DNA from: Histomonas meleagridis 2922-C6/04-290x
Lineage: Eukaryota; Protista; Parabasalia
Assembly: GCA_020184695.1 (NCBI GenBank)
Contig: JAANOX010000070.1
Location: forward strand, 186,001-250,000
DNA: 64,000 nt
Direction: 5' to 3'
Part shown: piece by piece, positions 33,740 through 45,374 of the stretch
Position numbering within the stretch: position 1 is the first letter of the stretch
Layout of the letters: the number at the start of each line of letters is the position of its first letter
The notes under the pieces: model-generated
What the model was told of the DNA's origin: nothing
The model's database searches: none
Seen by the model: the letters and a program-made list of their open reading frames with translations, nothing else
Made by a program: the position numbers and the translations under genes

Positions 33740-36256
33740 ATGAAAAAAATATTTGTGCGCTTTATTTTGAAAGTGACGACTGGCATAAAAATGAAAAATG
33801 TTTATGAAACACATCAAAAAATCCAGAAAATAATTTTTGACATAGATACAAATAATGTCGATCAAACAGCACAAACAATAATTCATAGTTTTAATAATAA
33901 TTGTTCAATATCTTTTAACTTTGTTATTAGTCATATTATTTATATAGCAATGACTTTACAAATGGAAAAAACTGAAATATATTTAAGCTTATTGAAGGAA
34001 ATTGAAAAATACGAAAAAAATAATCCCAAAATAATGAAATATTTTACTCATCTTCTTAACAATAAGAAAAATAAATCAAATTATTTTCTTGAAATTATGC
34101 TTGAGTAAAATTTGATTGATATAAAAGTTCTCTCTAAAATTATTAAGATAAATCATCATAAATCATACTTTGCTCCATATATGTCAAAAGAAGAAATAAA
34201 CGAACTGAAAATGTCTCATGATATATTTGATAAGCAAATCTATGAAAATTATGAATTATTATCAAAAAACAATTGGGAACTTCATAAGAAGTTAATTAAA
34301 GAAGGAGTTAATCCAAATGAAATTACAAAAATAATTCGGAATGATGAAATTGAAAAACTTCAAGAAATATCAGCGCAAGCAAATTTTGATTTTAATCAAA
34401 AAATTAAACAATCACTTTATGAAAGATGTTCATTTATTAACAAATGGGATGTTACATTAATTGATTATGCAGCATTTTTTGGTTCAGTCAAATGTTTTAA
34501 ATATTTATTTATGAATGGTTCTAATATAAAAAATACTGGTAAATATGCAATTGCAGGTGGGAACTTAGAGATAATTCATTTATGTGTACAAAATCATTCA
34601 TCATTTGATAATGCATATATAACAGCAATTCACTTTCATCGAAATGATATATTTAAATATCTGTATGAAAATAAAATTGTTGAAATTAAACGTTTGGAAT
34701 ATTTAGGAGAAAAATGTATTCGATATCATAATTATGAAATTTTTTCCTATTTGTTAAAAGAAGGAATGAGAATCAATAAATTTATCTTTGATATTGCAGC
34801 TAAAATCGGAGATTTATATCTTGTTAAGTATTTCATTCAATATAACAAAGTTCCTAAGAATATTTTAATTTTTTCTACAAAATCAGATAATATTATCTGA
34901 ACTTGTTAAATTTATTTTAGATTTAAAAGTAATAAATGTAAATTTTGTTTATTTGCTTTATTTGATATTTATTTTATTAATTTGAAATTTAAAAGAAATA
35001 TTTCTAAAATATTTAATATATTTGGAACAGCACTGACAATTTCATCTAATTCTGGTAACTTAGAAATAGTAAAATTACTTCTTGAACAAGAAGGTATTGA
35101 AATTAATGCTCAAGACATTTATTAGTTTTACTTGAAATTTATTTTAATAATTTTTTATTTCAAAGTAAAATTTGAAAATTATTTACATTATTTATGACAG
35201 CACTTATGTTTGCATCTTTAAGTGGTCATATAGAAATAGTTAAATTACTTCTTGAACAAAAAGGAATTGATATTAATCTTAAAGACATTTATTAGTTTTA
35301 CTTGAAATTTATTTTAATAATTTTTTATTTCAAAGTAAAATTTGAAAATTATTTACATTATTTATGACAGCACTTATGTTTGCATCTTTAAGTGGTCATA
35401 TAGAAATAGTCAAATTACTTCTTGAACAAGAAGGAATTGATATTAATGCCGAAGATATTTATTTGTTTTAGTTTGGATTTATTTCAATAATTTAAAAATT
35501 CAATATAATATTTGGAAATTATTTAAATTATTTAAAACAGCACTTATGCTAGCATCTTCAAATGGTCATACAGAAATAGTTAAATTACTTCTTGAACATG
35601 AAGGAATTGATATTAATGCTAAAAGTATTTATTTGTTTTATTTAATATCTATTTTGATAATTTAAAAATTCAATATAATATTTGGAAATTATTTAAATTA
35701 TTTAATACAGCACTTATTAAGGCATGTAAATATGGTCATATAGAAATAGTCAAATTACTTATTGAACAAAAAGGAATTGATATTAATGCTATAAATATTT
35801 ATGTTTATTTTAATAATTTCTTATTTTAAAATAATGTTCGGAAATTATTTAAAATATTCAAAACAGCACTTATGTATGCATTTGAAAAAGGTCATACAGA
35901 AATAGCTAAAATACTTCTTGAACAAAAAGAAATTATTATAAATAAAGATGAAATTCAAAAACAATTCTCCGAAATATAACAAAATATTTCAAATGACATT
36001 TGTAAATGCAGCTATATATGGTCGAAATGATATAATGAAATTACTTCAAAAAAGGTATAGTTGATATTAATGCTAAAGATATATATTTTTTCTATTTAAA
36101 ATTTATTTTAATAACTTGATTTTTTAGTATATTATTTGGAAATTATGCATATCATTTAAAACAGCTCTTATCAAAGCATCTGAAAATGGGTATAATCCAA
36201 TTGTAAGCATGATTGAAAAAAGTGGTTCAAAAATAAACGGTCAAAATGACATATAA
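33740..36256 (+). pseudogene. Locus C: DUF3447-like/ankyrin gene with interrupted ankyrin array; carries lesions (TAA 34106-34108; +1 shifts near 34895 and 36050)
   Basis: Family motifs KNNWELHK, GVNPNEITKIIRNDEIEKLQ, LIDYAAFFGSVKCFKYL; 8 downstream ankyrin units ending ..KINGQNDI*. The lesions could be assembly errors. Confidence 0.65.
34947..36256 (+). repeat. Ankyrin array C with 17-nt + codon loop modules
   Basis: Cores start at 35027, 35197, 35367, 35537, 35707, 35863, ~35993 and 36161; loops DELG, EFEM, EFEM, WKGK, NKGN, IYLGK, ERQ, KDGK. Confidence 0.9.
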
Positions 36257-36333
36257 GAAACCTTTCAAACAAAAATGACAGACCAAACTTTCAAAGAAAT
36301 GTTTTTAATCATGATGAAAAAAATTAGTTCAAC

Positions 36334-36804
36334 TTATTCATAGAAAACTTGCACAACACTACGTGAAATAAAGAGGTCACCTGAATAAAAGCTCGTAACA
36401 ATGAACATGTTTCCACTTAGATATTCTGCAGGGAGCATTTTACCTTCACCTGCTGCTTCGACTATTGTTTCCCATGAGTTTTCAGATTCAGGCATAACAA
36501 ATCCAAATTTGTAATCCCATTCTTCGGCATGAGTACCATGAATTAAAACGTTTTGTTCAATTCGGAAATCTTTTATTGCTTCTTTGGTCGAAAACACAAT
36601 TTCACGTCCAACAGCGTTGAATGTAAGTAATCTAGCAGGGAGATGTGCTTCTTTCACCGTTGTAAATACATCGTCAGCCCAATTGTTTGATGACCAAACT
36701 TTTTCTCCAGTTTCCGAATTCTTTATTGTTAGGCTTAATAAACGAAAGCCCTTAAGAATTGCTTGAGCTTTTGGATTTTTTGATATCTCAATTAATTCGG
36801 CCAT
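36334..36804 (-). CDS. PDE6D: PDE6-delta / GMP-PDE delta prenyl-binding protein
   Basis: AHLPARLL..AVGREIVFS, EEWDYKFGFVMPESENSWE and MLPAEYLSGNMFIVTSFY. Confidence 0.88.
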   Translation of the reverse strand: MAELIEISKNPKAQAILKGFRLLSLTIKNSETGEKVWSSNNWADDVFTTVKEAHLPARLLTFNAVGREIVFSTKEAIKDFRIEQNVLIHGTHAEEWDYKFGFVMPESENSWETIVEAAGEGKMLPAEYLSGNMFIVTSFYSGDLFISRSVVQVFYE

Positions 36805-36988
36805 TAAAATGAAGTCAATTTTTGAAATAAACCGAAAAAACTGACGTCACTTCACAAAACAAATGTAAACGTCCATTGAAAAAAGTTATCGATTATTATC
36901 CAATTTACCAATAAAATTTTTAGCGGAAGAACAAAAAATACAAAAAGAAATTATATATTATTCACAACAATTATTCGAAATATCAGAA

Positions 36989-37306
36989 ATGAAAAAATGG
37001 TTCGAAACGAATGATGAAAATCTTAAAAAGAAAATTCAAGAAAATTGGGAAAAAAACGAATTAAAACAGCGCCTCGTGATTATGACTTTTTGGAATCGAA
37101 TTATTACAAATCGTGTTCATGTAACTAAAATATATGATGAATCATTAATAAAATTATTCCAATTAACAAATAATAATAAATCATATTTAAACTCATTTCG
37201 AATATTATTTCCTAATTTCGATATGACAAAATCAAATTATATCGAACGAATTTGTTATATTGAAATGAAACATTTAATAACAATTTGGATTTTCAACATT
37301 ATTTAG
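36989..37306 (+). CDS. Small hypothetical protein (frame open upstream to 36869, no upstream ATG)
   Basis: Charged helical ORF; no family recognised. Confidence 0.35.
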   Translation: MKKWFETNDENLKKKIQENWEKNELKQRLVIMTFWNRIITNRVHVTKIYDESLIKLFQLTNNNKSYLNSFRILFPNFDMTKSNYIERICYIEMKHLITIWIFNII

Positions 37307-37434
37307 TATTAACATTAGTAAAATTAATTGAAATGGGTTTTATATATATTACCTACAAAACCATAAATTTAGTGACAATAGATCTCTTTGACTTTGTGCA
37401 TGGAATTCATTAAAAACAAAATAAAAAATGTATT

Positions 37435-38260
37435 TTATTCTAATTTCTTTGTAGGCATTTTTGGCTTAACTTTCGGGAGGAACGAAATGATAGTGTCTGC
37501 AACGTTCTGGAATGCCTTTGCATATGCACTATTTGGATGTTTTACAATTGCCGGAACACCTTTATCTGATGATTTGGAGATTTCAGGATCAATTGGAATA
37601 GTGACCCTAAAATTGGAATATTGAGCTCCAACGATAATTCTTCTGCACCATTACCAGGGAAAATCTTCGATTGCGTCTTGCAATGTTCACATACAAATCC
37701 AAAGTTTTGAATAATACCTAAAATTGGAATATGCATTTGCTTGAATAATGAAATGCTCTTCCTGACATCTGCAACAGAAATTTCTTGGGGTGTTGTAACC
37801 AATAAGGTTCCATCAATATGAAATGATTGAAGGAGAGTTAAGTGAACATCACCAGTTCCTGGCGGCGTATCAACAACAAGGTAATCTAGATCTGGACAAG
37901 CTGCCTTTAAAAGAAATTCAGAAATGACCTTTCCAAAGCAATGCTGCTTCTTTATCAACTGCATTACCCAAAGAAACAGCATCTATCCCATTTGCTTTAA
38001 CAGGTAAAAAGTTTGCATCTTTATCTGATGCAAGGAAATTGTCTTTGGTGTCTGCCATTGTAGGAATAGATGGACCATATATATCTCCATCAAACAAACC
38101 AACTTTAGCTCCTGTATGTGTAAGTGCAACTGTAGATTTTCCAACGCCACCTTTACAACTTGAAGTGAGGATAACTCTCCCAACTCCTGGGATTACATTC
38201 TTTTTAAATTGACCGTAGCGTGTAAGTTTAAACTGGATTTTCTTGGATGGTTTTTTTTGG
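37435..38260 (-). pseudogene. Mrp/ApbC/Ind1-like Fe-S carrier P-loop NTPase pseudogene
   Basis: CKGGVGKSTVA, DGDIYGPSIP, DYLVVDTPPGTGD, VTTPQ and FVCEHC are present, but with internal deletions and frameshifts (after WKG, and near LGSL/TIPIDP). Confidence 0.8.
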
Positions 38261-39319
38261 TGAACCCAATTTTCTTTACTTTACAAAAAAAATTTCAGTT
38301 CGAAGTCCAATTTTTCAATAACTGTACGATCATGTTTTTTGATGGTTTCTCTCAATTTCTGCGAGGCGAATCATTGACGAAATAATTCAAAGGAAATAAG
38401 AAATGCCATACTTTTTGAAAACATTTTACACTTTTTCAAAAGTGCTATGGTTTCGATATTGGAGAAATGCTGCAATTCAAAATTCAGTGTGATCTGTCAA
38501 TTGTATTGAAATAAACTTTTTGTATGTTTTTATTCATCGTGTTTTCTTGGTTGCGGACGATGTCTTCTTCTTTCTTTTATTTTTTAACAGGGTTTTAATA
38601 CAATTTAATTATGTAACCTTCTGTCACTTTTTATAATAAAACATTGAGTTCCAGCTTTGTGAACATCTTCCGATTGCAAAAACTATAAAACATGCATCAG
38701 CAAAAGTTTCACCAATGAAATAACTAAAAAGGGAAGCGGTTGAAGCTCTCTGTATCGTTTTTGACTGATTTATCAATAAGTTTCTCAAGTTTTCTCACGA
38801 ATGTGTTATTTCTTTTTGGCTTTCCCCATGCATTTCTTTCGCTCATTACAAATCTCTCCACAAAATTCAGGTTTAAATATTTTTGATGATCAATTATCTA
38901 TTTCTCAAACTTTCAAACATTACACTTGCCTTACTTCGAAATCCAAAGAGGACATATACTTTACATCCTCATCCCATGAAAAAGCGAATGTATCCATTAA
39001 AGTAACAAATTTTATTATTCTAAAGAATAATCAAACCTATCCATTTAACATCAGTGCAGAAAAATGTCATTGGCATTTCCCTTTATTAGAATTACCAATT
39101 TCATATGTTAAACATTATTTCAAATTCTTTTCTTTAGTACTTAATCATTTTTCATTAAAAGCACATTTAGCATTTTCAATGAATAATATTTTCATAAAGA
39201 AAATGTTCAAATTCATTAAAGTTATTCAAGTTCTGATGTGTAACATTTTTATTTTGGGATTTTTGTTATTTTTTGAAATTAAACTTTTAATGAACAAATT
39301 GAAAACATGTGAAACATGT

Positions 39320-40500
39320 GAAAAGAAAAAACATAAAAATATTTTAATTTTTGTTATATTTTTCATAAATTCCTTTCAAATATTATATGATAATAATTCA
39401 ACATTAATAATAACAAATTTAAATGATTTTGAACAAATTGATCAATATAAAAAGTATCACGAAATTTATAAACATTAGTGAAGGAATTTATTCGATTCCA
39501 GGTGGTGCATTTTCAGGATGGCCATTAGTTATTTCAGTTAATTTTGGTAATTCTATCTCAGATATTGGAGGTTCTGTGTTTTCGTCATGTTCTAATTTAG
39601 AAAGGATAATATTTGGCGGAAATGTTACAACGATTGGTGGTTCATCATTTTCATTGTGTTCATCAATCGACAGCATTACAATTCCAAATTCAGTCACTTC
39701 AATTGGTAGTTCAGCATTTTCATTATGTTCTAATTTAAGAATATTAACACTTGGTTCTGGAATAAGAGAAATTGGAGAATCAGCATTTGGTAATTGTAAT
39801 TCACTTGAATGCATTTATTATTATGGATATACAGAACCAAGTATTGGAGAAAGTGCATTTTATAATGTTACAGCAAGTGTTATCACATATCCAACATATG
39901 TAGGAAGTAAATTTGGAAATTTAGGTGTTGAGAAAGACAACGCAGAAGGAAACTGCATCCCGATTGCAACAATTTCATTTTCTTCATCACACACATTCAG
40001 TCGAAGTAATACATTCACGGAATCACTTCAAAGTGATTTAACATTTTCATTTTCATTTTTCATATACATTAACATATACATTGACAATTACAAATTCATT
40101 TACATATTACGAAACGCAAACAAGATCACTTTCATTGTCCATAATTAATTCAACATTTTCTTATGTTGAAACAGAATTTATTTATTATGATTACACAGTT
40201 ATTATGTATTCGACATATTATAATTATTATTCAAATTTCATTACAATGTTTCACACGAACATTTTACAAACAAATGGACTTACAACTAATGCATTGATTG
40301 GAATTATTTGCGGGGCAATTGCATTTGTGTTAATAATTGTTGGAATTGTTATATTCTTAATAAAAAGTAATAACAAAAAAGCAAAATCGACATCGAAATT
40401 ACAATTTAAGGATACAACTACATCAAGTACAAAACAAATGGAGGAAGTGAATACTTTAGTTGAAGATATTGTTAAAGAAGATGAAGACAATTGGCTATAA
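39320..40500 (+). pseudogene. BspA-like (TpLRR) surface protein, copy 1, with two +1 homopolymer shifts
   Basis: ~940 bp nearly identical to 44150-45075; extra A at 39449-39453 and extra T at 40056-40060 relative to copy 2; has its own TM and tail. May be intact in vivo. Confidence 0.65.
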
Positions 40501-41929
40501 TTTGATGTAAAATAAAATATATTTTTTATTTGATATATCGTAATATAAAAAAATATGAAATGATTCGTAATGAGAAATGATAATATTTGAAATGTTAATC
40601 GATTAACAATTTGTTTATATATATTAATATTGTTTTGAGGTAAAAATGTGATTATATTAAAGCAGATACTTTTCATTGACTAAATGATTTATAATTTGTA
40701 ATAGAAATTTAAATTTAAGAACTCTTTTTGTATCATTGGTTATTATTTAATTATCAATTTTTTAAATATAACAATAATTATAATTATTAATTTTATGATT
40801 TGCTGATAATATTTTTAGATGTTTGTTGAAATTTTCAACTTGAAACACATATGATTAATTTTGCACAAATATTTAAAGTTTTCTTTTTGCATAAATGTTT
40901 AAACCTTTTTGACTTTAATATACAAGCAAGTAGATTCCTCATTTATTTGATATAATCAAGATGAAGAATTATATTTCAAAGCGATATAGAACAACGCACA
41001 AAACTCATTCAGTTTCTAAATAAATTCATAAACAAAAAAGTTGCTTCATGCAATTTTCGCATGAGAACACAAAGTATATTCATAATATTATATAAAAGTG
41101 CGTTTATCATCTTGTTGTTCCCTTGTTATCATTGTTGTTTTCAAACATTAAGCGAAAGATTTAAAGGCAAATAGAAAAATTTCAAGAAAGTAACAAACTT
41201 TTTATCATTTAAATGTGAGATTTTCAAGTTTTGTATTGACCAACGTGACGAAGGTCTTCAGCTATATTTCAAATTGAAACATGAAAGCTATTCAATTCCT
41301 GGTCATTTTGTACATCTTGAAATTATTCAGAACTCAAATGAAGCTTCGAGATTCATTTTTCAAATACACAAAATTTTTATATATAAAGGACAGAAATAAA
41401 GAGGCATTTGCCATCTACGCAATGATAAGGTTCCAATTTTTGAAATAATTAACAATAATTTTTATTAATTTTATGCATTATTTCTATAGATGTTACTAAT
41501 TACAATTTAAATGTAAAACCCATCTCCGACAATATATGTACGATTCCGTCGAACCATGTTTTAGTATTTAAACAAAAACTTTTTAGAATCAGATCTCACA
41601 ATTTCTCAAAAAAATCATTTAAAATCATTACGTTTGATGAACGTAACCTTCCTCTACAAACCTTGGATAAATATTATAATTACATTGGGAATTTTTATTA
41701 TCTTCGTTGGTGCAAAATATTTTGAATCATCCAAATTCAATTGTTTACAATTATCTAACAGCAGTTTATATCAAATAGTTTCTTCGGAAAAAAATCGATT
41801 TTAGTTCAGGGCTTAGGTTGAAAATCAAAGGAAACAAAGCCAAAAATGCTTTTGCTGTTGCTCTATTTTTCATGAATTTTTTATCAAATATTTTTTGATG
41901 ATTGTAATTTTACATTTTTAATAGTTAAT

Positions 41930-42420
41930 TCATATGAATTCATTTGCAAAATCAGTTACATATATTCATTTTTGTAACACTGTAAATCATATCGGAAATT
42001 CAGTATTTTTATCATGCTCATATTTTGGAGGAAATGTTACAACAATTCGTAATTCAGCACCCCCATTTTGTCCATCACTAATAAATGCTACACTTCCGAA
42101 TTCGGTTCAAAACATTGAGATTCAGGGTATTCTAATTGTTAAAATTTAACGATATTAACACTTGGAACATAACTAAAAGAAGCCAGCGACACCGAATGAC
42201 GTAACCTTTTATTATTTTGGCAATTCAGAGCCGTATATTGTCATCAGTTATTACATATTCAACAATATTTGGACATTTCCAGTGAATAATGAATATGCTG
42301 TGGTGCGTGTTCACCAATTTCAACACATTCATTTACAAAATCGAATACATTTTCAATTTCTAATTCATTTACACGACAACGCACAGTCACAAAATTTAAT
42401 ACTTTTTATGAGCTGAAGTA
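41930..42420 (+). pseudogene. Degenerate BspA remnant
   Basis: IGNSVFLSC..FGGNVTTI..TLPNSV and SFTKSNTFSISNSFT fragments in broken frames. Confidence 0.55.
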
Positions 42421-42706
42421 TTTTTTCTTCTCTTTGTTTTCTATAATATTAATTGACATTCTTCACATTATTATATTAAAAGCAATATTAAAGAATTAGA
42501 CGAATTTTTAGTTATTCAAAAATATATTTCGAAATTTATGGAATCCCATCAAAAGCTAAAGAGAATAACTTTACAAAGCGAAGTATTGCTCCTGACCAAA
42601 ACGATCGATATCGTCCACACAATAGTTGTCATTAAGGTAATAAACTCAATAAATGTTTTTAGCAAAACGTGATTTATAAAGACAAAGAACCAATTCTAAA
42701 CAATAC

Positions 42707-43105
42707 CTAAATTTGGCGAGAGAATCTTGCAGTTTCGTAGCAACGCTTTTCGAAATCATCTTTATCAACAAACACCCTTGTATGTTTTGCTGTTCCCACA
42801 ATCCCTTTTTCGTCCGATGCTTCAATTTCAAAATGAATACCATCTTTATCAATATCAACAATTCTTGATATAACAGAAACATTAGAGCCTAACCTTGAAG
42901 GTCTTTGATAAAACAATTTCATTTTTGCGCTTATTGATGTTTGTCCACTAATAAGGCATGCAATCTCTACTGCTTTGCATGATGCTTCCTCCATTAACGA
43001 TGAAAGCACAGCAGTTGATAAAGCGTTTACAAAGCCGGCCTTTAGGTTTGTTGCAAGGTGTTCGTTTTTCACCTGAATTGTTACTTTTCCTGTAGAATCA
43101 GCCAT
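42707..43105 (-). CDS. Hotdog-fold thioesterase (FlK/fluoroacetyl-CoA thioesterase-like)
   Basis: LSTAVLSSLMEEASCKAV and FEIEASDEKGIVGTAKHTRVFVDKDDF match the FlK-type pattern. Confidence 0.8.
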   Translation of the reverse strand: MADSTGKVTIQVKNEHLATNLKAGFVNALSTAVLSSLMEEASCKAVEIACLISGQTSISAKMKLFYQRPSRLGSNVSVISRIVDIDKDGIHFEIEASDEKGIVGTAKHTRVFVDKDDFEKRCYETARFSRQI

Positions 43106-43565
43106 ATTTTAACGATATGCTTCAATATAATATAATTACAATTAATTTAGAAGTATTTAGATATGGACCTTAATACTTACACACATACATTAATATATTT
43201 CATTTAAAAATATGATATATCTTGAAGGAAATGTTTAATTTATCATTAAAAATTCATACCTCTTGAAATTAATGAAATTTAATAACTTAAAACATGTTTA
43301 CCACCAACAAAGATGAATCATTACGACCACCAGACTCAGTTTTATCGCGTTCATTCATTATATTATTTAAAAGTGACTTTATAATCATTTAAAGCGCCAC
43401 CTTTTGTAGGCGCCTTTAATTATTGAAATAAAATTTTCAGGTTAAATTGAAAAACCTCAAAAAAAACAACAACAAATTTCTTATATATTAACCGTGTGAT
43501 TTTTAACTTTTGTATTAGCCGATGTGTATTTGGTTAAGGCCTTCGACTATATCAGGTCTTGAATC

Positions 43566-45374
43566 ATGAGAATTCTTCATTTACTGCTCGTTTCGTCCAT
43601 TACAAAGCAATTAAGTAACAGTATTATACCAGAAAGCCCATTCCTTACGACTATAAAAATATCAAATATGAAAAAGAACCTTTGCAAAGAAGGACTTGCG
43701 CATGGGCACAGCGCAGAAGATCCATTCGTTGAGATTCATAACCAGAATTTTGATATATTTAACAAGAATTCTATTTTCTTTAAAACCAGTTTATTTCCAG
43801 ATTTCTTGACTGTTACAGAGAATACATTAGTTGTGCTTCAAATATTTAATGACAAATTAAAATTATCAGAATCATATTTTACAATTACCCAAAATAAATC
43901 CTTTATAGCCAGTATGCTGACTGAAGGTAATACATCAAAGCAAACCATGAAAAGATGTTATGAGAATCTATCTTTGACCCAGAGTAAATTTCTTTGTTTT
44001 TCATTGATGCAAAACGATAAAAAAGACCGACCACTTAAATTCAATGCTTTTGCTCGTTTAACCGCCGTTTTTTCAATGATATTAGTGGTTTATGTCAATA
44101 TTTTTCAGAAAAAACCACTTTTTCTACAGAAATTTTTATTGACCAATTACAAATTGAAAACATGTGAAAAGAAAAAACATAAAAATATTTTAATTTTTGT
44201 TATATTTTTCATAAATTCCTTTCAAATATTATATGATAATAATTCAACATTAATAATAACAAATTTAAATGATTTTGAACAAATTGATCAATATAAAAGT
44301 ATCACGAAATTTATAAACATTAGTGAAGGAATTTATTCGATTCCAGGTGGTGCATTTTCAGGATGGCCATTAGTTATTTCAGTTAATTTTGGTAATTCTA
44401 TCTCAGATATTGGAGGTTCTGTGTTTTCGTCATGTTCTAATTTAGAAAGGATAATATTTGGCGGAAATGTTACAACGATTGGTGGTTCATCATTTTCATT
44501 GTGTTCATCAATCGACAGCATTACAATTCCAAATTCAGTCACTTTAATTGGTGGTTCAGCATTTTCATTATGTTCTAATTTAAGAATATTAACACTTGGT
44601 TCTGGAATAAGAGAAATTGGAGAATCAGCATTTGGTAATTGTAATTCACTTGAATGCATTTATTATTATGGATATACAGAACCAAGTATTGGAGAAAGTG
44701 CATTTTATAATGTTACAGCAAGTGTTATCACATATCCAACATATGTAGGAAGTAAATTTGGAAATTTAGGTGTTGAGAAAGACAACGCAGAAGGAAACTG
44801 CATCCCGATTGCAACAATTTCATTTTCTTCATCACACACATTCAGTCGAAGTAATACATTCACGGAATCACTTCAAAGTGATTTAACATTTTCATTTTCA
44901 TTTTCATATACATTAACATATACATTGACAATTACAAATTCATTTACATATTACGAAACGCAAACAAGATCACTTTCATTGTCCATAATTAATTCAACAT
45001 TTTCTTATGTTGAAACAGAATTTATTTATTATGATTACACAGTTATTATGTATTCGACATATTATATTTATTATTCGAACTTCTTTACATTTATTTATAA
45101 CAAAGAATTTCAAACAAATGACTACAAAACAACAATTATCATAATAATCGTTTGCGTTATTGTTATTATTATTATTATAATTTCATTACTAATTATATTA
45201 TTGATACGAATTAAAAATAAAAAAGAAGAAATTGTTGAAAATGAAATTTCAGAACAACAAAATGATAATAACCAAACAACAAACACATTCACAACAGGAA
45301 TATCTATATCAAATATTGAAGAAGATCCGTTTGCAGATGACTTCAAAGAAGATAAATTCATTGTGCAAATGTAA
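43566..45374 (+). CDS. BspA-like (TpLRR) type-I surface protein, copy 2
   Basis: ITIPNSVTxIGxxAFxxCxxL repeats, S/T-rich stalk, TM and EEDPFADDFKEDKF tail; true start uncertain (signal-like segment near 44185). Confidence 0.8.
   Translation: MRILHLLLVSSITKQLSNSIIPESPFLTTIKISNMKKNLCKEGLAHGHSAEDPFVEIHNQNFDIFNKNSIFFKTSLFPDFLTVTENTLVVLQIFNDKLKLSESYFTITQNKSFIASMLTEGNTSKQTMKRCYENLSLTQSKFLCFSLMQNDKKDRPLKFNAFARLTAVFSMILVVYVNIFQKKPLFLQKFLLTNYKLKTCEKKKHKNILIFVIFFINSFQILYDNNSTLIITNLNDFEQIDQYKSITKFINISEGIYSIPGGAFSGWPLVISVNFGNSISDIGGSVFSSCSNLERIIFGGNVTTIGGSSFSLCSSIDSITIPNSVTLIGGSAFSLCSNLRILTLGSGIREIGESAFGNCNSLECIYYYGYTEPSIGESAFYNVTASVITYPTYVGSKFGNLGVEKDNAEGNCIPIATISFSSSHTFSRSNTFTESLQSDLTFSFSFSYTLTYTLTITNSFTYYETQTRSLSLSIINSTFSYVETEFIYYDYTVIMYSTYYIYYSNFFTFIYNKEFQTNDYKTTIIIIIVCVIVIIIIIISLLIILLIRIKNKKEEIVENEISEQQNDNNQTTNTFTTGISISNIEEDPFADDFKEDKFIVQM

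Noticed and set aside
34106-34108. Reassigned genetic code (TAA/TAG = Gln) explaining the in-frame stops
   Set aside because: Conserved genes (RPS25, coactosin, PDE6D) end at TAA, and reassignment would not fix the 80-nt phase shift.
35117-35196. Conserved RNA hairpin in the spacer (TTTTACTTGAAAT / ATTTCAAAGTAAAA) as the removal signal
   Set aside because: It is strong only in two identical spacers. In the others pairing is weak and expected by chance in ~90% AT sequence.
35457-35540. Spacers as ordinary GT-AG introns (GTTTTA ... ACAG)
   Set aside because: Splicing at these sites shifts the frame. The GT is missing in many spacers (e.g. 8595-8516) and the AG is missing where cores begin ACA-TCA or ACA-CCA.
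38801-39478. 225-aa ORF as an independent gene
   Set aside because: It is a composite of a decayed upstream remnant and the 5' end of BspA copy 1, ending at a homopolymer shift.
39449-40060. Programmed frameshifting or phase variation in BspA copy 1
   Set aside because: Both shifts are +1 in short A/T runs relative to the intact twin, which is typical of long-read consensus error. This cannot be distinguished without reads.
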